Shown: piece by piece, positions 13,101 through 24,800 of the stretch
Numbering within the stretch: position 1 is the first letter of the stretch
Layout: each line of letters opens with the position of its first letter
Notes under the pieces: model-generated
The model's database searches: none
What the model was told of the DNA's origin: nothing
The model's input: only the letters and a program-made list of their open reading frames with translations
Assembly (NCBI GenBank): GCA_021613535.1
Contig: CP075492.1
Coordinates: forward strand, 7,006,001 to 7,070,000
DNA: 64,000 nt
Reading direction: 5' to 3'
Source: Adineta vaga
Lineage: Eukaryota > Animalia > Rotifera
Translations under genes and position numbers: made by a program

Positions 13101-15793
13101 ATGTTAGTGCGTGTGATTATCTTAAATAGAAGAAAAGATCACAAAAACATCTCTGTTTACATACGTGTTGTACAATCTGAATCCATCCAATTCGATGTAC
13201 ATTTACAAACTCCCGGACTGACACATGAACCATTATTTTGGCATGATGGTAAACAGATAGCTATATAAGAAAAAATATGAATTTAAATAAACGCATAATA
13301 TTCAAAATTTATTCTAAATCTATGCGTACGAATTGAACAATCTGACCCGCTCCATCCTGAGATACAAGAACACTTGTTGGGAGCCGCACATGTACCATTA
13401 TTCGAACATGACGAAGCACAAATAGCTAAATTAGAAGAAATGTAGTTTACATGTGATATTCAGTTACTAAAACATATGGATAGAATTCATGAATTGTAAG
13501 AAGATATACTAACGGTTTGCACAGTCTGGTCCATTCCATCCTGAAGCACAGGTGCATGCATTCGGTGATGAACAAGTACCATTATTTAAGCATCCATTTG
13601 CGCAAACAGCTAAAAATAATAAAAATCAATTAAGAACTAGAACCATCTATATTTCTGATTTATAAGCATTAATACATACGAGTTGAGCAGTCGGGACCAT
13701 TCCATCCCGATGCACAAGTACAAACATTCGGTGAAGAACAAGTACCATTATTCAGACATGGGTTTGGGCAAGCAGCTAAAAGACAAAATTATACTCACTC
13801 GGTGTTCCTGTTTATCTAGGATCATTACGTACGTTTTTGGCAACCTGGACCTTCCCATCCTGCTGTGCAGTTACATACTCCTGGACTTGAGCAAAAGCCA
13901 TTGAAGCAAGGTATTGAACATATTGCTAAAACAAAAAAAAACGAAATAATGTTAGTGCGTGTGATTATCTTAAGTAGATGAAAAGATCACAAAAACATCT
14001 TTGTTTACATACGTGTTGTACAATCTGAATCCATCCAATTCGATGTACATTTACAAACTCCCGGACTGATGCACGAACCATTATTTTGACATGATGGTAA
14101 ACAGATAGCTAGATAATGAAAATACAGATTTTACATAGACATACGGTCTTCTGAATTGATTCTGGACAGATACGTACGAATTGAACAATCAGATCCAGTC
14201 CATCCTGTCATACAAGAACATTGATTAGGCGCTGAACATGATCCATTATTTAAACAGCGAGAACAAGTCGCTAAGATAAGAGAATAAATATATTACGTAA
14301 ATATATCATAATCCAATGAATAAAGCAGGAACAAAATATCTCTTCAATCCGCCAAACAAGTAGAATCAATAGTAGTGATTTGGAAAGCAATACTTACGTA
14401 TTGTACAATCTGAGCCATTCCAGCCTGTTCGACATGAGCATATTCCTTCAGAGGAACATGTAGCACCATTTGAACATTGAGGCCAACAGCTACCTAGAAT
14501 TACGGATGTAAAATATAAATTTGAACTATAATTCAATGAGAAATTAGTTGATGAGACAAAAAATAGAATGTGACCTCATTAGAAACGATATGTAACATAA
14601 CGAAAACCAATGGTTACGAAAACAAAATTTGATAGTTATTAAAAGGAACGGAAAAGAAATTGAAAAAAAAACACTAGGCTTCGTATTCTAATTGAAACTA
14701 ATTACCTGAAGAGATTCGTTGAAGTGAACAAAAACTCATTTGCATTTGCAATTTTTGACCATCCGCAAACATTATTTCAAAACTTATTTTAGTATGTAAA
14801 GTATCAATAGAATGTTGAATTTTATCATCAAATGTTTTTCGACAATCGACATCAGTACTCACCTGGATAATCAATTGATATTGTCATAACTAATAAATCA
14901 CCGTTTGTACCAGGATCTTTTTGACAGTAAATATCATCAATTCTAAAATATTAAAATAAGATTTTCATAGATTACTATTGAACAAGAACAAATTGGTAGG
15001 CATACTTACAGTGCTTGTCGTTTTTGAGCACCGCTTGTCACTAACGATGGAATTAGTTTAACATTCACAACAACAATATTTGGTAAATCGATCGATTTCA
15101 TTAGCTGAAGAAAATCATTCATAAGCTCTACAGAATAAAAATCAAATGTTATTTACATTATTTGCTACATTTTTCAAATCGGAGATGTTCATCGCATGGT
15201 TCAACTTTGATTCGTTCCATAGACAAGATAATATGATGTCGAAGCTACACGATATTCATATGAATAGCATGAAAACAAAGTACATCAAAAATATACTTAA
15301 TTGAATATTTGTAACACGCTGTGTCTTATTTGGAAGATATATTGTCATAAAAACAAAGAGAGCAAGCACTCCTATTATACCCAGTGTAACCAATGGACAA
15401 CATATAGATACTTTTATTCTATATTTATAAACAATATTTCCCCATTTTCTAAACAAAAATCGAGAATATGAAAATAATTTCGAAAAAAAGATTAATTTTA
15501 CATATAAGTTTATCATCAAATACTGTGCAAGTATGGCTTATTGTAACTGTCTAGACTTACATACAATGGATAGTAATGTAATATGGTTGTAATCTTCTGC
15601 TTTTCTTTCTAATGATCTAAGGTCAGAGTGTTCCAGTCAACAAAACTTACAAAGTCGTTTCGTTAATATTTTAAAAGATATCTTTTTAGAAATAGTATTT
15701 TATAACTCACCGAAAAAAATTTTGCTCATTACCATCTTGATCGGTTGATACTTCAAGAAGATTACTCGTTGATCTCCAGAACACACTTGGCAT
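10101..15793 (-). CDS. EGF-hog: N-terminal TM + stalk + 20 EGF repeats + Hedgehog-type Hog (Hint/SRR) autoprocessing domain; this copy has frame anomalies
   Basis: ATG at 15793; [26 protein letters not shown]; 20 phase-1 exons each encoding C-x2/3-C-x-N-x-G-x-C-x5-C-x-C-x2-GW-x-G-x2-C (14493 down to 11081); then GGG|[40 protein letters not shown], and SRR-like FFTPIR...EGLHP. Confidence 0.85.
12148..14270 (-). repeat. ~848-bp tandem duplication unit (5 EGF exons + introns), about 2.5 copies
   Basis: Matching exons recur at 848-bp spacing (14178/13330/12482; 13925/13077). Several introns are near-identical between units (e.g. gaaataatgttagtgcgtgtgattatctta...gaaaagatcacaaaaacatct at ~13095 and ~13943). 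Confidence 0.9.
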
Positions 15794-16748
15794 CTGAAAG
15801 GATATATATATGTATAAATTTCATTCTATAACAATACATATTATTGCACGAAATATCACGGTGCATAATGAGACGATTACAGGACATATGACTTCCTACT
15901 TTGTTATCTAGATAAATCGAAATATACATAAAGGAGCACAATAACACCAATTTACATGCACTTTTAAAAGGGTGATTATTCATCCAGAACATGCTGTCGA
16001 CGTTAAAGGAAAATAGAGTTGGCCATGATTATATTGACATGCGACCATAAATGAAGAGAAAAAAGTAGAAACATCATATGAAGATTCGTAGATGACTCAA
16101 ACATACTGATTACCTATGTAACTATTATTCACGTATAGAGACAAGCAGGAAAAGGACAGGTAGATACAAACGAGACTATCGAACGGTAAGAAACGCCCTT
16201 TTAAACATTTTATATCATGTTTATATTATTTCCGAAGTAATACTTAGTTCCTAATAATGAATCATATTTTCTATCATACGGCTCAGTTTCATTAAATCAA
16301 AACCATAAAGATAAAGAACCGAATAAGATACAAGCAAAGTATATGTATATATATATTCATAGATCGACAAGTGAAATATTTTTAAAATGAACAGTGGCAT
16401 CAGAAGGCAGTAACAAAATGCGCTGTTTGGATGTAATCGTGAAAAACAATCATATATGTTATTTAACAAATAATATTTACATAATTTCTTTAACTATGAT
16501 ATGACGACCAATTTCAATAGTCTATATTACAAATACTAATAAATTTAAAACATAAAATGCAAAATATTCGTTCACTAAGATAAACATTTGAACATCAACC
16601 CCTGGATATGTCTCCACTATAATTTAATTCTTTTTCGTTTTTCTTTCTCTCTTTCTTCTACATACATTCACATCATATATGAACACAAACAGTTACATCT
16701 TCGTCGACTCCATATTGGGCACGTGTTTTCTTTTTTCATAATACATCA

Positions 16749-17637
16749 ATGTTGCGTTATAACTTTATTGCACTGCAGCTCATTGCACTGATCCTTGCAA
16801 TCATTGCTATCACTACTTCGTAACTCTTTTTACATAAGCATTTATTTATATACTCTCTTCTTTTTTTCCCACCCATTCTAGTTCATGGGAAAAAGTCACA
16901 TTAAAAGATGATGATGCTCTGCAAACAATCTATCATTCACCATTACTTACTGCACTCACGACTTTCACTCCTCCTATTCGTCATCAGCATTACAATGTCA
17001 CCGGTTATATTCTCACTATCAACTCAGGATTGCTCGATATTTGTGTACATCTTCAGCATTCAAATCATCTCTTCCGTCAACCTCAGCGGTGTAAACAAAC
17101 AGTAGCTCGACCTTCCATTGGTAACATTTGACACTTCATCTATCCCATTATGACCACAAGTACTGTTGAACAACCGATTTCTGTTTAGGTCTTGCTATCA
17201 TTGGAGTCATCTTTCTTGTCATTGGTATCGTTTGTACAGGTAAGATTGCATGGATTTGTCATGTATGATCCTTGAAATGGTTGATTTGTTTCGTAGGATT
17301 TGCCGATGAAGAGATGTATGATGATCGTCAAGTTCGTTGGTTATGTTATGGTTCAGCATTGAGTGTGGCATTAGCTGGTCTTCTTCTATTCACAAGTCAT
17401 TGGACATATTCGATGAGTTCTGAACTTCAACTACCAACAGCATATGTTCGATTTGGATATTCGACATATTTGATTGTGACAGCAGCAGTATTGAGTTTAC
17501 TTTCGATGAGTCTCGTTTTGTGGCGAGTAGTGAGTAGATGAATGTTGAGTAATGGATGATGATGTATTTCAATGTTAATAGTATCTTTGTAGGGTTCATT
17601 ACGATCATCATCAACGACGACGAGTGAGAAATGTTAG
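16749..17637 (+). CDS. Claudin/PMP22-superfamily tetraspan membrane protein, 5 exons
   Basis: Spliced ORF MLRYNFIALQLIALILAIIAITTSSWEK...SGLLDIC...QRC...GLAIIGVIFLVIGIVCTG...RFGYSTYLIVTAAVLSLL: four TMs, W...GL..C...C signature and FGYS motif. Confidence 0.75.
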
Positions 17638-17736
17638 ACGCCGTGTATCGAAAAAATCCAATCATCGTTTGTGAAACATTGAAACGATACTTTTTGCTTC
17701 GTGTTTTTTTTTCTATTGAATATTATTTATATTTTC

Positions 17737-17805
17737 GATGTATCTAAAGAGTTAGTTTATTTTTGATTTTATGATGTTAATCTGGAACAATAAAGTTAAG
17801 TATGA
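17737..17805 (+). repeat. ~70-bp direct repeat, copy 2
   Basis: Near-identical to 9729-9798. Confidence 0.9.
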
Positions 17806-18163
17806 ACGAAAAGAAACATCTCGCTAATGATTAATCTTTGTAATATAATTTTCATCGATCAGGTCATACTTCAAGGGCAAAAAAAATGTTTTAGTGATCT
17901 ATGCACTGTTATCATCTTAAAGAAAATAAGAGTAATTGCCTTTTTTCCAAGTAATTCTTTTGTCAATATTTATGATACTACAGAATGTAAAAAGACGAAA
18001 TTGAAAATAAGATTTTGACTTCATTGCGTATTTGAAAATCGCGGTTAGTATCAAATTACTACATGTAGCATATTGTCCTATATATATATATACGTATATT
18101 GGTTCGAACCTGTAACGATACTGCTTATACAGTAAGTTTACTCGAAACGAACCTTACACTCTA

Positions 18164-18924
18164 ATGTCTTTAAAATTAATCTTTTTCTTTATCGTGATAT
18201 TCTTGAAAGATTCTAAAGGAGTACCAGTGACTGAAGAATGCACCAATAATCCAACCATTTGTGCTTCAAATAGTTATTGTTTTCAAAATTCAAGAAACTA
18301 TTCTAGTTGTCAAAAGTCATGTCCAAAGAATTGGTCATGCAATAATGGAAGTAGGCAAAATTTCACAAAGTTATATAATTGTAATAAATTATTTTCGTTC
18401 CATTAGATATTTCATGTAGTTTTCCCGTGGAACAGATGGTGACAGAAGTTAGTCATTTGAAACATGAAGATGTGATCAGTGGTTTTGCAATTGATCAACT
18501 TTGTATTGCTAAACATGGTTGTGAATATAAATCATCGTTTGACAATCCATCTTGGTTTGATAATATTCTTGTTGCTTTCATTAAACCATACGTTGAAAAG
18601 CATGACAATTGGAATAGCGTCATTGATCACTGTCATAAAACATTTTCGAAAATTCCTATCGTAGGTAAATACTTTTGTCAACAGAAGATGGCTGAACATC
18701 ACATTACTGTGGATTTGAAGAATGCTGTGAGTAATAATGGATGTGGAACACAACATGATTGGGATGCAGTTGGTAAAATTATTGTCAGTTGCGTGAAAGA
18801 AGCAGATATTAATATTCCATTTGGTGAAAACTATGCTATTTCTGAAGTTTTTCGACAACGAAATTTAGTTCGAGAGAACTGTATCAAAACGCGAAGAGAA
18901 AAAGGATTTCAAATTGAGTTTTAA
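18164..18924 (+). CDS. Secreted Cys-rich protein: CBM1-like N-terminal module + unknown Cys-rich domain (2 exons)
   Basis: Signal peptide MSLKLIFFFIVIFLKDSKG; PTICASNSYCFQNSRNYSSC; one intron (~18351-18407) joins the 18164 and 18427 ORFs. Confidence 0.75.
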
Positions 18925-19129
18925 TTTAATTTCATTGTAATCATCATAAAATATGATACATGTGAAATAAAGTAACACAACACTTTCTGATAAAACAAAA
19001 TATATTACTCAATTTTATTTATTAAAAAAAAACTAATTTGAATATAAATCAAATTATTGAATACAACAGAAAAGAACTTTGTTTTAATGTTCAAATGATG
19101 TCAAAAACAAATCGGTTTACTACGAACAC

Positions 19130-20896
19130 TCAAACCTTACTCTCGAGATATGGAGGTATACAGGCGGATCCTGGAACGAATTGACAAATTTCTGTCGATG
19201 ATAATTCACGAGAATAAATTCTTAATTCATCAATTTTTCCTTGAAATTGAAGAAGTTGAATTGTATTGTCAACACGATTACACGCAGTTAATTCATTACA
19301 CATTCCAATCGTAACAGAACTCATATTTTGACTACCTAAATAATCATTATTACCACGAGTTTGAACTATAAAATTGCCATTTATATAAAGACGAATACCA
19401 TTTTGAGTTGAATAAGTCATACTGATATGTGTCCATTTCTCCAATAGTTCTTTGCCAAACTCGGACGAAGTGCTGTATATTCCATTTTTACTCAATGACT
19501 GGGCGATTAAATATCCGGATTTATCAAAACCTATCATTGGTACACACCAATCGCTCAAATCACTGACCTAAATCAATAATAAAAGATTAGTAATATTATC
19601 TGATTGAATATTACCTGAAGAATAGAACCAACGCGTTCATACGCATAAATCCATAATGAAAATGAGAAAGGATAATTCAATTGACTCAAGTAATAAAAAC
19701 CTGTTGTTCGAAAACATGATGGCGATAATATGTTAACTACTAATGATTGATTAGATTTACCATCTGAATCAAATGTTGTCGAAACAGAGAAAACATTGTT
19801 GATGCTATTAGGACCTGCATCATTATATGTACCATCGAACGGATAAAACGCAACAAGAGTCGCTTCATCAATAAGTTCGGTATCAGTCTTAAGACGAGAT
19901 ACAAATGTTATTTTGTCAATAAGACCATTGTTAAAAGTGAACTGGTCATCAAAGGCTGTATAACCAAATATTATTTTAGGTGAATTTTCAGCATATGGTC
20001 CTGATGCTGTTCTTTTACAGTCCAATATACCATTCAAATAGATTATTTGTTCTGATTTAGACCGATCGTATAAATAAGCAATATGATACCATTGATTTGT
20101 ATTCAATAAATTTCTACTCATTAAATCATCATCATAAAAACCTAAGTAAAGATAATCATTTTTCACTGCCAACTGTAGACATTTGTCTGTATCACGTGCC
20201 ACACAATGATTAAATATTATGAAATAATTGGATATACCATATGGTGAACTATAAGCTTCGGTGATTAAAATCCAAGCAGAAACAGTGAAACTATTTGTTG
20301 TTAAATCAAGATTTTTATTGACAATACCATATGTATCGGAGAATTTAATAGCACTACCATATCCAGCATACCCAGGTGATAACCACATTCTAGAAGAATC
20401 AGGTTCTGCAGTATCAGCCGTCGATATAAATTCGCCGTTATATTGTCCATATACATCATTGAAGTTCTTATCAAATAACCATTGAATAATTTCGGGTGTA
20501 TTAGATGATTCTATGAAAATACTTAAAATTTGTTTTTTCTCAAGAAAAAAGTACAAATGATATACGAATTTTTCGTTACATACTAGTATTGATTGTTTTA
20601 TTTGAAAAACTGAATACAACAGAAGACATATCAGTGACCATATGTACTTGTCCTTGTGAAAGATGTGCAGAAAAAAGTTCACATAGTTTCTTAGCATTAA
20701 AATAATTGCCTGTCATACATTGTGTATTATTGAAACATCGACATTTACACATTTCCAGTGTTTCTATTTCTAATAATCCATTCAATTGATCCGTAGCCAT
20801 GGATGGATCAAATTTAGCATTGTAATAAACATTCATAGGTATCATATATATTGATTTAAGAAAGACAAGGAACATCACCGTTAATTTTAAAGACAT
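19130..20896 (-). CDS. Secreted PAN/Apple + two LamG-like (ConA-like lectin/glucanase) domain protein
   Basis: Signal peptide; CKCRCFNNTQCMTGNYF....CELFS (PAN); FTVSAWI...NQWYHIAY.Y....IYLNG...GLIDKI and FSFSLWI...WTHISMTYS...LYING...FQGKIDELRIYSRELS (LamG x2). Confidence 0.85.
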
Positions 20897-21879
20897 TTTA
20901 TAAGTGAAAGTGTGAAATTCTTTTCTTTTTCTATTATTATTTTAATGTGTGTTTTGCACAGTAGTGAAGCGGTACTGGACGTCGAAGGAATGTATGAGAA
21001 AAGCGTTCTTTCTATATTTATCTGCGCATATTCAATATAGAATATGATTATAAAACACTTTCTAAATTAGATCCAGTTTTGTTCGTGTAACACCTGTTTG
21101 AAAACCATTCTGTCATTTGGATCTAATATTCAATTAATTAATAACGTAGTCGCCTTGAATATTTGCAACGATAAAGATATGGGTTGAAAAACCAATGAGA
21201 TGTTCATGTAACATAAATACGAAGTATATGACAATCCATTTATATAACACATTATACGTAACATGTATGTCCTCATAACAAAATATAATCAATTAACTAA
21301 AGTTATTTTGCATTCTCTCATGTATATTAAATTCAACTTTGAAAGTCAGTCACATTATTTCTAATTAAACAAGTAAAATAATCAGAAGACTCTATGTTAA
21401 CTAAAAATCTAGCTATTCATGTTTGTTTCCTATTCAAATCAACGCTAAATTTAACTTGTGTCAGAATTATATATCGATTCAACATATGCATATCAAAGCC
21501 ATTACTGTAGCAAAGAAAAATTCGTATTTGTTCATAAGCAGCTGAAATATTTTCTTTATGTTTTTCACTCGACACACACACACATACATAGTTATAAATA
21601 AATGACATTCTTTCGAAAGAACAACAGAAAAATCACACAACCAAACACACACGCACACTCGAACGTATATATGTATATACATAAATTGCTCTTCGATTGT
21701 TGTTCTCGAGAATAAAAATGATGATATATATCTCTAAGCTAACAAATACTTAATGACAAAGGAGAAAAATATATAGATATGAAATTCTTCATTTCATGCA
21801 AAGCGACAAGAAAAAGAATATTGCACACAAAAAATGACAATAATACTGATGAGATTCGATTTTAGTTCGTTTGTTTCTT

Positions 21880-24800
21880 CTAAGAATCCAGAAGGCATGA
21901 TTTAATTTTATCCGTCCATGTTTGAGCATCTTGAGCAGTTGCAGCAATGAAATTATAGATACGACGATTGGTATGTAACTAAAGTACAGAAAATCTTTCA
22001 CATGCAATTCTATTGGAGATGTTATTTTACCTCGAAAGCAGCTCGACTATCGAATCGTCTCAGTGCATTTGGAAATGGACCAGTATAAGGAAGAATTTCC
22101 ACTGCATCAGCTAGAAGAATAACTCCCTTTGCTGTTTGATCATCACTACTATCGTAATATCGAAGCTAAATAGAAAAATAAATTATCGATAAAATAAAAA
22201 TCTCAAATTATTTATTTCAATATGCACCTCATGTCGGACAGAATCAAGAACAAACCAACGTTCTTTCCATTGCTTTAATAGATGACCTCGCTTTCGAAGA
22301 TAACCTTCATGTGTTCGATGTTGTGGACCTGAATTATTTGCAGTTACACTTGATGATGCGAATGGATGTGTTAAACTATGATGATCATAAACACCTAGAA
22401 GTAATGCATTAAAATTTTATCTTAATCGAATTCAGCATGTGAAAATAATCAAGAGGAATTTTATTATTTCTACATATAGAGAATTAGATTCTATTTCTTA
22501 TTAGATTATGTATATAAAATATGTAGCACTATTTTACCCGCTCTCTCCAGTAAAACATCTGTAATATCTGTAAATGATTTATCGAAGAATAATAATAAAA
22601 GTACGGTAAGAATCCAAAAGATTGAAAAATTACCTGTAACACTGCCCGTTTCAAAACGACTTGAATTGACAACAATCTGAGAATCGGAAGGACCACTAGT
22701 ACCAATTCTTCGACATGGTTTACATGATGCAATCGATCGACATTTTTCGTGACAAACATTCGAACAATCACGACATTGAAGTGCCCGTATTCCATCTAGT
22801 CAAAAAAATCAAAATGTTTCTTTCTTATATAGAAAAGAAATCTTTGTGTGAATACAAACCCATGGGTGATTTCTTTGAATCAATAATCTCATCACAAAAA
22901 TCACATATTTGTGCCGATGAAAATTGCGTTGCTTCATACGTATGTGAACCATAGATTGATGATGTACGTGATGAAGAAATAGATGATGATAGTGAACGTT
23001 GTGGTTGAAGATAGTGTGATGTTGAATTCGTTCGTTTATAAGCTACATCTTGCAATGACAGTCGCTAGAAAATAAAGATTCTATTTACAAAGATCAATAA
23101 TTTTCATTGAAACATACTTGTGCCTTTTCTCTTTCAGGTTTTTCAATTTTATCCCAATAAGTTTTCCACGAATCTCCATTGATATATGCTAATGTATTTG
23201 ATATTTCCTATAAAAATAACAATAAATTCATTTTCAATCTAGTTAAACAACATTTTGTTCACATACCGAAACAATTTCATTAAAAAAATCTGGTAAACAA
23301 ATACTAATATCATCATATACAGCTGATATACATTTACTACGTTGTCGTAATTCAGCATCATTCAAATGTTCATCATGTTCAGCTACGGCAATATCAAGAT
23401 CATATGGACAACCTGTTTCTAATGTTTCACTTAAATAGAAATCCCATATATCAAGTGAATACATCTTATATGATGGACGAAGAACGCAACTATCATTTGT
23501 TGGTGAATATAGAAAATTATAAAATCTTGAACATTCTCGATTCACTTTGCTGATATAATCCCAAATATTAATTGTATTACATCGATATAAGCCTAAGGAA
23601 AACAAAGAATAGTTTTTGATAGAATAATGAATATATTCAATAAATTTACCACTGATATCATCAGCTAAAGGATCACGAGTTGTATCCACATACCAATTGC
23701 GATCTTTTTTACGTTCACAATCACAATCTAACATGAAATTTTTAAAACGATTCGATAAATGATGGTAAGCAAGAAAACGAAGATAATATTCATTAAATTC
23801 AAATTCAGTTGGAAATTGATTCCAGATCTAATAGAACAAAGTTCATAGTTTGTTTTTTCTATGTTCTTAATATGTATTTTAGTTACTTGATGGACAAGAT
23901 CGAGAAATTGAAGAAAAACAGGTGCAAAACCTGTTTTGTTTGCTGCTGTTTGATTTGATCGATGTGAAAATCGATGTCCAAAGGCAAACCATTCTCGTTC
24001 AATTAATGTTTGAAATCCTTCAAATGTTCGATAGTATGGATCAAGTAATAATTCACTGATAGAGACAAGTTGAGCAGCTGTATCCCAACCATCTTCAACA
24101 CAAATCATCACTGATGATGCATGATCTTCAATAAATTGAACAATATAAACACTGATCATGAGGATCTTTTGTAACTAGAAAAACAAACGAATTATTTATG
24201 ATTACAAAGAAAAGAGGAAATTTACTTGATAGAGCCATCGTGATTCTTCAATAAGTTTATAAAATGACATTGAATTTGGTAATGCTACTGATGAAATATC
24301 CGTTCCATTATGATTAGCATGACCATTAGATGTTTGTGCGGACATACTAGGGACACATGCACGTGTCATTTTTTTGAAACTTGCTTTAATTTGACTAACA
24401 TCATGAAATTCCAAAGGAAGAAAACAATAATTTTGAAATTGTTCAAGTCGACCGGTCTAAAAAGAAAGAAGAGTACAATCATTAGCAAAGAAGAAGTTTT
24501 TAGCAAATTGAAAATTACCCGATGTTGAGCTCGATCACCAATAATATAAAGTGGTGAACGTTTGTGTACTTGTAAAATTGATTCATTAAAATCTATATCA
24601 AAATTCGATGAACCATTCGCACCACTTGTTCCTCCACTTGTTGCTGTAGCTGGTGGTGTTGGTGAATTCATTGATGTATAACTTGCTGTTTCACTTCGTG
24701 GTAATGTATCCATATTTGAATGAGTATTAACGCTAGCTAGAAAAAATGAATTCGATGTTATCGAAAATATAAGATAAAGAAATTTTTTTTTTGAAAAAGT

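Noticed and set aside
11081-14493. Regularly spaced repeats as a CRISPR array or satellite
   Set aside because: They are EGF-coding exons separated by GT-AG introns.
24060-24120. Missing CX5R catalytic motif in the myotubularin domain
   Set aside because: Normal for SBF/MTMR5/13 pseudophosphatases.
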